Assembly: GCF_006345805.1 (NCBI RefSeq)
Contig: NC_043011.1
Location: 29,586,464 to 29,650,463, forward strand
DNA length: 64,000 nt
Source of the DNA: Octopus sinensis
Lineage: Eukaryota
Direction: 5' to 3'
The notes beneath the pieces were generated by a model that saw only the letters and a list, made by a program, of their open reading frames with translations, was not told the origin of the DNA and made no database searches. This document shows, piece by piece, positions 24,643-37,529 of the stretch (within the stretch, counting starts at the first letter, position 1; each line of letters begins with the position of its first letter). The translations under genes were made by a program, and so were the position numbers.

Positions 24643-25404
24643 AGAGAGAGAGAGAGTAGTTGTATACTGTCAACTTAATGTGACAGTCCCATGAAGGGAC
24701 CCACACGACTGCTATTTAGCCCTAAGAAGCATCAATGCTTCCTGTCGGCCTTGACACATTTCCTGTGTCCTTATTTCTCTCTGAGATATTTAGAAATGTA
24801 ATATTTCCATATATATATATATATATATGTGTTTTGGAAATTCCTTGATACAGATATAATATTTGGAGAGAAGATTCTTTTCTCAAAGAGTTAAGATTGA
24901 GAAAAGAACCTTTTTAGAAAGTTGGAAGACACTAACCTTATAGATGTGCAAGGGCGATGAAACTCAAACCAGCAACTTCCCTTATCCCAGGGAATGTCCC
25001 AAGGGGGTCTATTTTTTAAAAGCCACCTAATTGGGGCCCCTCTGACACCCCTATTTTTATTGCATTTTAAACTAAATACATGGCATTGACAACTAAATTG
25101 GGGCAATGACAAAAGATTTCATACCATGAACTCCCAAGTAGTATTGTAAGGAGGTACACTTTCTGAAGGGCCACTTAAATGGGCCACTGAACCCCTATTT
25201 TTAGTGCATTTACTCCACTCCTATGCTTATTGTTTAAAGTATGATCAGCATCGGTGCTTAGCATACTTGCAGAAATAAGTTTCATTACACAAGGGTAGAG
25301 AGCCGCAAAGTGTCCTGATAGTGGGGCCAAAGGCCTCAAAGGTGCCCTCCACAGGAGCTATCCTGAATGTTGCCTGAAGGGCAGCTTCAAGGCAAGTATA
25401 TATA

Positions 25405-25555
25405 TATATATATATATGACAGGCTTCTTTCAGTTTCCATCCACCAAATCCACTCACCAAACTTCAGTGTGCCCAAGGCTATAGTAGGAGACACTTCAAG
25501 GTGTCACATAGTGGGACTGAATCGAGAACCATGTGGTTGGGAAGTAAGCCTTGTA
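25405..25555 (-). mobile_element. SINE A 5' half
   Basis: 'gtgggactgaatcgagaaccatgtggttgg' is the reverse of the A head. Confidence 0.7.
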
Positions 25556-25805
25556 CAATGTGCCCTACCACTCATAAGGCCAGAGGGGAACTCAATTCCC
25601 ATGGAGCATGACTAAATTACAAAATTTGTCCTTGGATGGGAGAAATTTATAGCTGAGTGGACTGGAGTGATGTGAAATGAAAAGTTTTGCTCAAGAACAC
25701 TATGCACTGCCTGGTCTGAGAATTAAAACCACAATCCTGTGATTGTCAGTGCAACACCTTAACCATTAGGTTACTCACTTTCACTAAATCATTTACACTG
25801 AGAAG

Positions 25806-26215
25806 AAAATTCTAGGAAAACAATAAGAAGTTGATGAATGTCTTGGTGGGTTTCTTTCAAGTGGGGAGCATTGATGCAAAAGGTACACATTTAAAAATAT
25901 GTTTTGCAACTATTTTTATAAAAGTTCTTTTATAATTACATCTATATGTGTATACCTTTATTTGTATGTGTGTGTATGCAAGGTGTATATATATATATTT
26001 GCAAAATTCTAGGAAAACAATATGAGGTCGATGAAAGACTGTCTGGGTTTGTTTCCTTCAAGTGAGAAACAAAGATGTAAAAAAATAAAAGATGAAAATG
26101 GTACACTTTTAAAAATATTTCTTCTAGCAATTTTTATAAAAGTTCTTTTATAGTTACACCTATATGTGTCTATTTATTTGTATGAGTGTATGCGTAAGGT
26201 GTGTATAGATATGCA
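25806..26215. repeat. Old tandem duplication of ~200 bp
   Basis: 'aaaattctaggaaaacaata...tttttataaaagttctttt...' at 25806 and 26003. Confidence 0.75.
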
Positions 26216-26482
26216 ATATTTATAATGTTCAAAGTATAACTGGAAACAAAAAAGTCTATTAAACTTGCACAAAAAACATTTTTTATGAAATGTCATACAG
26301 ACCAATTTAAATCATTTTATTATTAACTGTTGCCCATTTTCAGTTTTTCAATATTCTGTCACTTACACAGAAACGTTAGAATTATATTTAATAATAAACT
26401 CTTTGCAAATTTTCTCACAGTACATTGTTTGGTAGATCTAGTTCTAGTTTTATCCCAGTGAGTGCCTATATTTTTATATTTT

Positions 26483-26485
<3 letters not shown>

Positions 26486-26545
<60 letters not shown>

Positions 26546-26570
26546 GTCTATCTATCTATCTATTTATCTA
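26486..26570. repeat. (TCTA)n microsatellite
   Basis: Read directly. Confidence 0.95.
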
Positions 26571-27159
26571 TATTAATATATATAAATAACAATATATGTA
26601 TAAATATAGATATGTGTGTGTGTGTGCATGTGTGTGTATGCACTCACACACACACATATTTTGTATGTATCTATCTGTATCTATATATAAACACACACAC
26701 ACACACATACACACACACATACACACATGCATATATATATATATATATATACAATATGATTTTATTCAGAAATGGAAGCCTCACAATAAAGAGACCATGA
26801 AATTACTGCAAACATTTCAGGTAAATATCTTGCATTTAAAATGAAGGAATGGATTTCATATGAGGAAGGAAAATAGATAAACATATATTTTCAAGCATAT
26901 AGACATTTATATATATTGACAAATGAATTTATCTGGAGCGTAAAAAATACAGAAATCTAATGTGAAAATTCATAGATTTTCAACTTGACAGCTGTTTCTG
27001 GGAGCTTGGAATTATGTAATAGTTATTATGTTCATAATTAACTGGTAGAATGTGCAAAAAGTTATGGATATACAACCAGTAGCTGGATACATAGAAACTT
27101 TACCATAATACTGGCTTCCTTCATCAGGAGTGGAAGATTAGCAAATAGCAGTTCACACT

Positions 27160-27226
<67 letters not shown>

Positions 27227-27244
27227 ATATATATATATATATAT

Positions 27245-27560
27245 CATCATCATCATCATCATCATCATCACTATCATTATCATTAATATCATCGTTTAAC
27301 ATCCATTTTCTATGCTGACATGGGTTGACTGAAAACTGGTGAACTGGGGGGTGGCACCAGGTTTTAGTCTGATTAGGCATGGTTTCTATAACTGGATGCC
27401 CTTTCTTATGCCAACCACTCTAATAGTGAAGTGGGTGGTTTTCATGCGCCACCAGCACAGGTGCTAGTTATGTAACACTGGCATCATCCACAGCTATGAT
27501 CTCACTTGGCTTGGCAGGTTTTCTCAAGCATGGTGTACTGCCAAATGTCTCGGTCACTTG
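27245..27560 (-). mobile_element. Family F repeat
   Basis: (CAT)n followed by 'cgtttaacatccattttctatgctgacatgggtt'. Confidence 0.7.
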
Positions 27561-28029
27561 TCACTAAAGTTTAGTTAATTCAAAAGTCTAAATGGGAACT
27601 ATTATTTCTTGCTTTTCCTTTTTTTTTGTATTCATTATTTTGATCTTTCTGTCCCATCTGCCAAATTCACTCACAAGATATTGGTTGCCCTGGGGTTATA
27701 ACAAAATACATTTGCCCCAAGTTGCCATGCTGTGAGACTGAACCCCAAAACCACATGGTTGCATAGTAAACTTCTCAACTATACAGCCCTGTCTCCCCAC
27801 AGTAATGTCTGTGCCAATGTATAGCATTAAAACAGAATTCTATTAATACACCATTGAATTATTAATTGAACTCTGTTTATGCAAACTCTGTATATACAAA
27901 TACATCAATGCAATTTACTTAAGCACTTAAGGGAGTTGATAAATAGTTACTCTGTGAATAAAGAGATTACACAGGTGCTGATGAAATCCCAATATAAGAT
28001 TAAAACTAATATAATTGATCTCTACGGTG

Positions 28030-28235
28030 GTCAACTGGCAGAATCATTAGTATGGTGGGCAAAATGCTCAGTGACATCTCATCTGTCTGTACATTCTGAG
28101 TTCAAATTCCACTGAGGTCAACTTTTCCTTGCATCCTTTTGAGGTCGATGAAATAAGTACCAGTTGAGCACTTGGGTCCATGTAATCAACTAGCCACCTC
28201 TTCTGGACTTGTTGGCCTTGTGAAAAAATTTCCTG
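28030..28235 (+). mobile_element. SINE family B, diverged
   Basis: 'ctggcagaatcattag...ttctgagttcaaattcc...gaggtcaactttt...catcctttt'. Confidence 0.7.
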
Positions 28236-28559
28236 CCAATGAAAATATTTTATACAAAAAGACAAGGTGATTTCATCTGTCTAAATATAAAGTGTTGTTA
28301 AAATCTTCTATCATTGGTTAAAATTCTGTGGTAAAGAATATATCAATGGATTTTGCATTAAACCAAAATCACTGTTAAGAGAGGGAGAAAATGGGGAAGA
28401 TGTGTAGTCTGAGGAAAAAAAAGGAGTGGTCACAACTGGAAAGCTTGTGAGTTTGCTTGACAGAGATGAACTAGCGTTAAATAATAAGAGAATTCAAATC
28501 CTTCAGAGTTGTGGTTCAATACCTTATTTAAATCTATTATGGGCTCAAGGATTCATAAG

Positions 28560-28800
28560 AGAGGAACTTAACCCGGTTTTCACTTATAAGTGACTGGGAT
28601 TACAACACTCTCCTCTGAATGGGATCATGGTCCATCACTAAGTTAACATCCCAGCTATTACTGTAATACATTCACAGCTGAATGAACTGGAGGAATGTGA
28701 GAGGAAATATTTTGCCCTTGAGCACAATGCACTACCCCGTGTGGGGATAGAAACCATGATCTTATGACCATGAGGACAATACCTTAACCATTAGACCAAG
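28560..28800 (-). mobile_element. C-related tRNA SINE
   Basis: Reverse strand reads GGTCTAATGGTTAAGG...CTCAAGGGCAAAA...TTCCTCCAGTTCATTCAGCTGT. Confidence 0.55.
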
Positions 28801-29725
28801 CATTCTCACATTACCTTATTTACCTGACTGTATTACCTGAATTGCTACCATGACCTAAACAAATATTTGGAAAATAGCCTTATTAATGTTAAGTGAGGAT
28901 GAAATCCAAAATCCAAGGAGATGGTCTGTTTTGGTAACAATTAGTCATTAATAGACTTTGATAAATTCAATTATAGTTAGGAGCAAAGAATTTTATGTAG
29001 TAGGCTGTTTTCCTTCATCTGAGAGAAAGAAAGAAAGAGAAAAATGATATGATTGCTTGAAGCAAGTAATTGAAGAAGCAATGACAACAATACTACTTTC
29101 ACTTTCCTTTCTTGAATCACAGACAACAGGCAAGACTTGAAATGTGAGATTCTATATTCCTCACAGCAACTGAACTTATCAAACTTTGCTCTGAACTCTC
29201 ATATTCATGTTAATATTGGACAAATGATCGTTATAATAGAATATAATCAAATATATGTGGGATATATGAGACATGAAGACATCGTTTTATTATAGAAAAT
29301 GTTTCTTAAGTTAACAACTTAAGCCAATATAATTCATACTGCCAGTAATTATCTGTAAATGTCAGCGGTACAGCAAGATGAGAGAGAAAAGAAGCAATGA
29401 ATGTACAAAATATAATGTGAGTTTTAAGAACTTTGGAAATGAGAATTAAATGTACCAACAATTATGATTTCTAACATAAATACAAAGCTACCAACATGAG
29501 GAGGATGGAGGAGTGTAGTGTAGATCTACATTAAAAAAGGAATGTGGATCCTCAGCAGGATTTTAAAAAAAACTGTCAAAGGGCAGAAGACTTTCTCACA
29601 GAAAAATCAACAGCCAACAGCAACTGGAGATATGATAGGTACCATCATGTTACTTGGCCTATGAAACATAGCATGATGATACAACCAAATTCATGTAGCA
29701 ATCTGGAATAGTCAAGATTTAGAAT

Positions 29726-29912
29726 AAACTCGAGTACCATACCAGATTGGTTAGGATCTGAGAGAAACTCAAGTATTGTACTGGACTGGTTAGGGCCTAG
29801 GAGAAACTCAAGTACCATACAGAATGGTTGAGACCTGGGAAAAACTCAAGTACCATGCCAATTGATCAGGACCTTGGATAAACTCAAGTGCCATATTGAA
29901 TTGATTAGCACC
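29726..29912. repeat. Degenerate 38-39-bp tandem repeat, 5 units
   Basis: AAACTC(A/G)AGT starts at 29726, 29765, 29804, 29842 and 29880. Confidence 0.85.
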
Positions 29913-31782
29913 ATTTCCTCTTCTATTTTTCTGAGAAGTCAATTAAGCATACAAAAAAATGAAATCAAAAGTTAAACTCTGCACAAATTCCTTTATGGAT
30001 AGACCCGGGAATATACGAAGTTGGAAAAGTACAATAACAAGCTTATGAAAGGTAAAGATGTTCAGGGAACATTACAAGGAAATGAGATGGACAATATGTG
30101 AAGAATTATAACAGATAATGGGCACAAAACATAATTTAATGGGAAAGAAAGGAAGCATGAAAAGGGTGTGTGTTTCATTGTGCATAAAATTACCATAATA
30201 CATTACAAAATTGTAATTTTGCAGCAAAATATTCATGTTAAACACTGGCTTGCAAAGCCATACAATATCTTCATCCAACTTTATGCTTCAACTTGAGATT
30301 ACAATGATGAAGAGGTGGAAAAATTCTCTCAAAATTATAGAAAGAACAATTAGCAAACAAAAAAGAGAGACACACTTATAATTCTTGGTGACTGAAATGC
30401 AAAGTTTGGATTGGAGGTTCATGATTCTTGGAAAGGAACAGCTGGAAAATATGACTTGAAAAATAAAAACTATCAACGGATGAGTATGATTATTAGAATT
30501 TGCAAAACAAACTAAACTAATTTCTTGCCAATATAATACTTCGGAACACACTGAGAAAAACAATAAGATAGCATTTACCTGGGGGAATGTATAATAACCA
30601 GATCAATTTTATTCCTAAAAATATATCAAGTGAATATAAATGGAGATAAAACACTGAGTGTAAATAAAGGCATTGATTACCAACTTTTTATAAGGACAAT
30701 AACTATGGAGCTGAACTCAGTTGAAAAGAATTGAAATGTGGAAAAGTAAAAGCTGGTCTTGAAATATTTAAAGACCTAAGCATAACATTAAAATTTAAAA
30801 CACAGATAGGGAAAAAATTCACAACTTTATTATTATTAGATGCAAATGTTCCAGAATTAACAGAAGCCTTTGAAGAACAACAGTAATAATAATCAATAAA
30901 ATCGTTGGTAAGAGAAAGAAAATTAAGAATCTTTGCATAAATGAAGAGGCCTTTAATAAGTTTTAATGAAAGAAGAGATGTGGAACAGAAATGGTATAAA
31001 AACAACAGAGGTAAAATGAAGTATAGTTTGGTCTATAGGAAACTAAAAAAAAGAATGAAAGAAATTGTGGCATCAAAAGATATGATGGATTAATGAAAGT
31101 TGTGAGGAAAAACAAAACAAAGCAAAAAAAAAACAAAAAAACTATAGAGCAAATAATTCTTATCAAATGGCTAAAGATCTAATCAAAGAATGGGTAGCTA
31201 AATGTCAAGTTGTTGTAGAAGAATATAGCAGCCTGCTAACTAAAGTAATTGATAGATTTGAAAGAATACTAAGAAGAATTCTAGAGAGACAAAGTAAACA
31301 TAGATAGCAATGTACCAAAATAATTACAAGAATTTCTCTTTAATATGTAGTAAGAGCCAGAAATGGAGTTATGTAGCCAATTTGGAAAGAAGTTACGCAA
31401 TTGATTTAGAAACTAAAATATAATTAATCACCTGGAATGGATAGTGTAGAATCAGAGCTGTTAAAAGCAGAACTGCTAAAACAGGGAGGTGAGTATGTTA
31501 CTGAGATTATATATGTGTGTAATTGTGATTTACTTACTGGAGAACGGCACAGAAAATGGACAGAATCAATTGTTATACCACTGTCAAAGAAAGGGACACC
31601 AAAAGTACAAAAACAACCACATTATTAATCATATTATTTATTAGTTTAATCTGTTATCCAACTGAGGTTTTGTTAATTGTTTTACTTGTTCAAGTGAAAC
31701 CATGGCAGTGAGACACAGACCAGTTCCCAAGAGGGAGAAATGATGTTGAACAGATTTATAACAATATTACAGCAGAAAAATA

Positions 31783-31964
31783 AGGCGAAGTTCTTAGCGG
31801 CATTTCATTTGTCTTTATGTTCTGAGTTCAAATTCCATTGCGATCAACTTTGTCTTGCATCCCTTCTGGGTCAATAAAATAAGCACAAGCTGAGCACTGG
31901 GGTTGATTTCATCAACTTAGCTCCCTCCTCACGAAACTGCTGGCCTTGTGCCAAAATTTGAAAC
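31783..31964 (+). mobile_element. SINE B inserted in the decayed RTE
   Basis: 21-bp TSD caatattacagcagaaaaata (31762) / caatattgtagcagaaaaata (31965). Confidence 0.8.
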
Positions 31965-32661
31965 CAATATTGTAGCAGAAAAATACCCGGAACCACAGCC
32001 CAAACTGTTCTTTATTTCAACTTTTATAGAGTTGAAAAATGTTTGACTACGTTTGTAGCATGGGCACTTGAGCACATTATGAAAAAATGTAGTACAAACT
32101 TACCGATACTAAATACTACAAAGTCATTCTACAAACATGCATGAAATCTGGTTTGAAGTTGGAAATTCACCAAGTAAATGGTTAAAAACAACAGTTAGTA
32201 TCACTCAAGGATGCAATCTTTTGCCATGATTTTTCAGTGATTTTTTTCTAATGCATAATGACAAACGCCCTTGAATCTTTTGAAGGAAATGCTCAAGCAA
32301 GATGTTGAAAAGTCAGCAATTTCCATACTGCCAATAATATTGACTCATCAGGACAAAATGATGAAGAAGTTATAGATCTAACGTGTCTTGATACAGCAAG
32401 AAGATAAGGAGTGAAAATATGTGTTGAAAATATAAAAAAAAAGGCAAGAAGTGAAATAATGATAATTAGTAAAGAAAAAGAAAAGTGTCTGTCCAAGTGA
32501 AATAGCAAAGAAATCAAACAAATTGATGGATTTAAGTATTTAGGAAGAATAATAATGGAAGATGTGAGATCAAAGAGAAAGATTTAATGCTGGGTTGTGG
32601 TGCTTCAGTAATGTTAGGATCTATTTGAAAAAAAAAAAGCAAAATGACTATAACAATAACA

Positions 32662-33022
32662 GGCACAGATGTGGCTGTGTGGTAAGAAGCCTGCTTCTTA
32701 GTCACATGGTTCTAGGTTCAGTCCCACCGCATGGCACCTTGGGCCAACCAAATCCTTGTGAGAGGATTTGGTAGACAGAAACTGAAAGAAGCCCGTCATA
32801 TATGTGAGTGTGTGTATGAGTCTTTGTGTCTGTGTTTGTCCCCCCACCACCACTTGGCAACTGGTGTTGGTGTGTTTATGTCCCTGTAACAGCAAAGAGA
32901 CCAATAGAATAAGTACTAGGCTTAAAAAAATAAGACTTGGGGTCGATTTCTTTAACTGAAACCCTTCAAGGCAGTGCTCCAGCATGGCTGCAGTCAAATG
33001 ACTGAAACAATAAAAAGGTAAA
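32662..33022 (+). mobile_element. SINE A, full length, inside the decayed RTE
   Basis: Head, internal tract and tail present. Confidence 0.85.
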
Positions 33023-33480
33023 GATAACAAGAAAAATGTTTATTTTAAAGAGCAATGGTAATTTCAACTACGCTCAATACGCGTGAATTATAGATATTAG
33101 AGGATGAGAATAAGAAAAAGTATTGATCTTTAAAATGATACGATGCTATAGAAAGAGTCGTAGCCTTCTACATAGAAGATATGAAACTGACAAGAATGTT
33201 AGGGAAAGAAATTTTTAGGGCGATTCTTTTCATTAATTGCTAAAAGATGGAGATGAAATGGCTGGGTCATTTAACACAAAACAACATGAATGAACTAAGA
33301 GAAAAGTCATTGAAAAGGTTACAATTAGCAATGAAAGGGCTTTCACAAAAAAATAAAACAAAGTAAAAGCTAAACAAATGACTTGCCGTTTAACTAAGTT
33401 AAACAAACAGTTGATTAGTTAGCTGAATATTTAACCAATTGACTAATAATAAAGGAGTGGAATTGAACCAGTGCATGTGT

Positions 33481-33696
33481 TAATAATCTTTTCTACTCTA
33501 AGCACAAAGCCCGAAATTTTTGGAGAGGGAGCAGTCGATTAGATTGATCCCAGTACGCGACTGGTACTTCATTTATCGACCCTGAAAGGATGACAGGCAA
33601 AGTCGACCTCATCGGAATTTGAACTCAGAACGTAAAGACAGACGAAATACTTCTAAGCGTTTTGCCAGGTGTGCTAACATTTCTGCCAGCTTGCCA
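33481..33696 (-). mobile_element. SINE family B
   Basis: Reverse match to 60450-60678. Confidence 0.8.
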
Positions 33697-34088
33697 ATGT
33701 TGGTATAATGACTCTCCCTAGACACAGCAAAACATGAGTACCTGTCTCTTGTAAATATAGGTGTGTATGAGCAAAACCCCATTAAAAGAGGTATAGGAGT
33801 TCACAAGCTGAATATGGAGCAACACCAAGAAATGGACAGTAAGGAAGAAGGGAGCAAAACATGAGATTGGTTGATGACCGGAAACGGTGAGGGTGGATTA
33901 TGAATATATTTTGTGCTCCAACAGCCACTCAATGCTTTGGTTTTGATTGTTTGATGTGTATAGACCCAGTTCACCATGTCCTCTTAAACCTCACACTGTA
34001 CTGGAATCATGACAAATACACAATTTGAAGGTGTTCGGTAGTGTGGAATATATATTGTGACAGTCTGATTTCTATATTATCCATTATA

Positions 34089-34470
34089 GGCACAGGAGTG
34101 GCTGTGTGGTAAGTACCTTGCTTACGAACCACATGGTCCTGGGTTCAGTCCCACTATGTGGCACCTTGGGCAAGTGTCTTCTACTATAGCCTCTGGCCAA
34201 CCAAAGCCTTGTGAGTGGATTTGGTAGACGGAAACTGAAAGAAGCCTGTCATATATATGTGTGTGTGTGTCTGTGTTTGTCCCCCCACCATTGCTTGGCA
34301 ACCAATGTTGGTGTGTTCACATCCTCATAACTTAGCATTTTGGCAAAAAGAGACCGATAGAATAAGTACTAGGCTTACAAATAAGCCCTGGGGTCGATTT
34401 ACTCAACCAAAGGTTGTGCTCCAGCATGGCTGCAGTCAAATGTCTGAAACTAATAAAACAATAAAAGAAT
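34089..34470 (+). mobile_element. SINE A, full length
   Basis: GGCACAGGAGTGGCTGTGTGG head through tail. Confidence 0.85.
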
Positions 34471-35033
34471 ATATTGTGTACATTATACTTTATTTAATTT
34501 AGGGGTATCCATGACCCTTTTTCAGGAACCAAATACATATTCACTGCTCCAGTTGTTTTCATTTCACCTGAAAGTAATGTGATTGAGGAAACCTAGAGTT
34601 AAAGGCATTCCATTTGTGACCATCCCATCTTGTTTTGCTTTTTTTACCAGATATTGTGTTTCCCAGATAACATTATGTAATGCACCTTTTTCCCTTTTCC
34701 TCCTTTCCCTTTTCCCCTCTCCCCTTTCTCCATTTTTCTGATGGTTAACTGTAATTTCAAAGAGAATGGTTCAGCCATTAAACTGTTGTTGTGTAAAGAA
34801 AACGAGATCCAAAGGAACTAAAAATAAAAAGAAAAAAAAAGAAAAATAGACAAATAAAAAGGCACCCAAAGAAACTAGCAATTGGCTGCAGATGAAGGGT
34901 TCTGTAGTCTTCAACATTTCTTTTATCACAGTAAACCAATATTATTTCTCCATTGAATTGTTGTTGTATAGCAGAGCTTAGCCCTGTTGTTCCTCTGAAG
35001 GCAATGGACACAATTCCTACATACAGACCTAAC

Positions 35034-35076
<43 letters not shown>

Positions 35077-35401
35077 GTCTATAGCACAGAGGTAGCTAAT
35101 TGAGTGAAGCATGTGATCAGCATCTCTTTTGATTATGACTATTCCATTTTTTTATTGTTGGCCTGTTCACTCTAAGATCCAGAACTTCAAACACATGTAG
35201 ATTCCGTTAATAGATGGAAATTTAGATTCCTCAAGATTTATTATTGGCATTTAGTCTACTTCACACTGTGTTTCGTTCCACAGAAGCAATTAATTTTACA
35301 GATATCTTGATGTTTTACATTATTACTTTGTGGTTTTTATTTATTCTACTTTTGTTTGTGAGGTGTTTTTGTTTATTATTTTTACTTATTTATTTATCCT
35401 C

Positions 35402-35434
<33 letters not shown>

Positions 35435-35747
35435 ATTTGTACAGCTACATTAGTTATTTTCTGTGATAAAGGTCAAGAAGAATTGTGGAGATTAGTTTCG
35501 TATGGACTGAGTAGAGAGTGCTGGCAGGAAATCTCCAGACAACTTGCTTAAAAAAGAATAATACAATATCACAGTCTGAATTACTGGTTAATATTTTCTT
35601 TTTCTTTTATCCTTTTACTTGTTTCAGTCATTGGACTACAGCCATGTTGAGGTACAACCGAGATGAATTCAATCACTTAAATTGACAAGAATACTTATTT
35701 TAGGTCTGGCGTTTATAAATATGGACTCCTTCTGATGAACCAGTAAG

Positions 35748-35793
35748 ATTTTACCCCAGAGTCACTTTGATGGCATGCACTACTCTCTCACTC
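35748..35793 (+). mobile_element. Terminal ~45 bp of element E followed by (AAT)n (35794-35930)
   Basis: Reverse match to 58216-58260. Confidence 0.7.
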
Positions 35794-35811
35794 AATAATG
35801 ATAATAATAAC

Positions 35812-35909
<98 letters not shown>

Positions 35910-35930
35910 CAATGATAATGATAATAATAA

Positions 35931-36104
35931 CATCGAAAAATGCCTTAGGAATAAGAACCCAGGTTCAAAATTTCCCCAAGACACCTGATGAAGACGGGAG
36001 GGTATATCAACTGAAACGTTGTGTTAACAACAAACAAGATGAGGACAAATATCCATCAAATGTAAATAATGTACATAATTCCTCATCTCTTAAATATAGA
36101 ACTG
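35931..36104 (+). mobile_element. Hammerhead-SINE 3' half
   Basis: CATCGAAAAA...GAACCCAGGTTC...HHR...AAATATAGAACTG, the same ends as 20564-20746. Confidence 0.85.
35980..36025 (+). ncRNA. Minimal hammerhead motif (core intact, stem II decayed)
   Basis: GACAC-CTGATGA-AGACGG...CAACT-GAAA-CGTT-GTGTT. Confidence 0.65.
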
Positions 36105-37529
36105 TATTATGAAAAAGACATTTTTTTAGAGTGAAGATAAGATAAGCTGAAGAAACTATTGTTTATTGATATCAGTTATGTTTCAAATATATATGGCAAT
36201 GCACAGACATAAATAAACGATATGAGAAGGAGAAAAAGTGTGTATGTGTGTGGGAGAGAGAGAGTGAGAACAAGAGAGAGAGATAGAGATAGAGAGTGAG
36301 AGAGAGAGAGAGAGAGAAGGTGAGAGAATGAAGCTAACAGAAATATGAGTTTAAGTCCTTATAACATGTGAAACTGCTATAGATTTCCAAGATATCAACC
36401 TACTCTCATATTGATAGCAAGTAGATATACATTGCTCTGGGGGATCATGGCAAAGATATTAAAAAAAAAATCAATGATGTTTATACCAGTTATATATGAC
36501 TCTTGTGATTATCAAATTCCACTGTCATTCAAACTATGACCATATCAACATGAACAAGTTTGAAAATAAAAATTTATTTGTAAATCCAATTGTGAAAAAG
36601 TTTTTATTCGCAGCAAAACAAATTTGTCTTTTTTTATTCTTTTTGATTTACTTCATCTTGCACTATATTTTTGCTCATAAAATATGACCCTTTTACAAAA
36701 TAGGCAAGACATTAAATAAAAATAAATAAATAGATGCAAGATAGAAGCTGAATCAATACACCTGATTAAAAAAAATTATAAGAAAGCAACCAATAACTAA
36801 ATGGCGGTAAATGTGTTTCTCAGACATCCTATCTCCGATGTGAAAACATATATGATTCTTTTTTATTGACAAGGTTAAATAAGGTTTGATATATGTACAC
36901 AGTTGTTTCTTTACAACCAAAGATCAAACTTATTAAATACTGTTACTTAATTATTATTACTTTAAATTCCATTGTTGTCTTCCCTGACTTTCTTGATCAG
37001 AATTTGATATTTAAGATGACCTTTTGTTATCATTAAGGAATGTGGCCTATTGGTAAGGTTGCTAGACTCACAATCATAAGGTTATGGGTTCAGTCTCTGG
37101 ACAAGGTAGCATGTTATCTCCTTGAGTAAGATGATCCTGTGAATTCAACTATAAATGAATACCAGCCTAATGTTGACACAGCCCTGTCTTTCCAGCTTTC
37201 ACACCATTTCTTTTCTGCTGATGTCAGAAAGATGTCTGTCTCTGTCTGATTGTTACCACTAGCATAGCTAGAGTGTGTACTGCCCAGGGTTAACCCCAGG
37301 CTCCCTCAAAAAGTACATATTGTCTACAGCAGACTCATGAACGTGCCACCCAGAGCAGACCACCATCTCTAGCCCCCTCTAGCTACGCTAGCGATTGTGA
37401 CTACAAAGGCAACTAAAACAGTTAGCAAATGCATGGTACTAACTATTGAATCACACATACTTGTGAAAGGAGGCCATGCCTTAAAAGGTAAAATTTCAGT
37501 TTACTATAATTTTCAAAATACTACACCTA

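Larger units (their letters stand above)
29990..33330 (+). pseudogene. Highly decayed RTE (BovB-like) LINE: AP endonuclease plus RT
   Basis: Across stops and frameshifts: EMRW, KGVCFIVHK, IQLYAST.DYNDEEVEKF, IILGD*NAKFG, ELLKQGGE, WTESIVIPLSKKG, TQGCNLLP, FKYLGR, KWLGH. Confidence 0.8.

Noticed and set aside
29726-29912. CRISPR-like regular spacing (also the 26-bp arrays)
   Set aside because: The 'spacers' resemble each other, there are no cas genes and the context is eukaryotic
37259-37391. 15-bp inverted repeat CTAGCATAGCTAGAG / CTCTAGCTACGCTAG
   Set aside because: Short, no TSD seen, and only one partial relative near 48680; cannot classify
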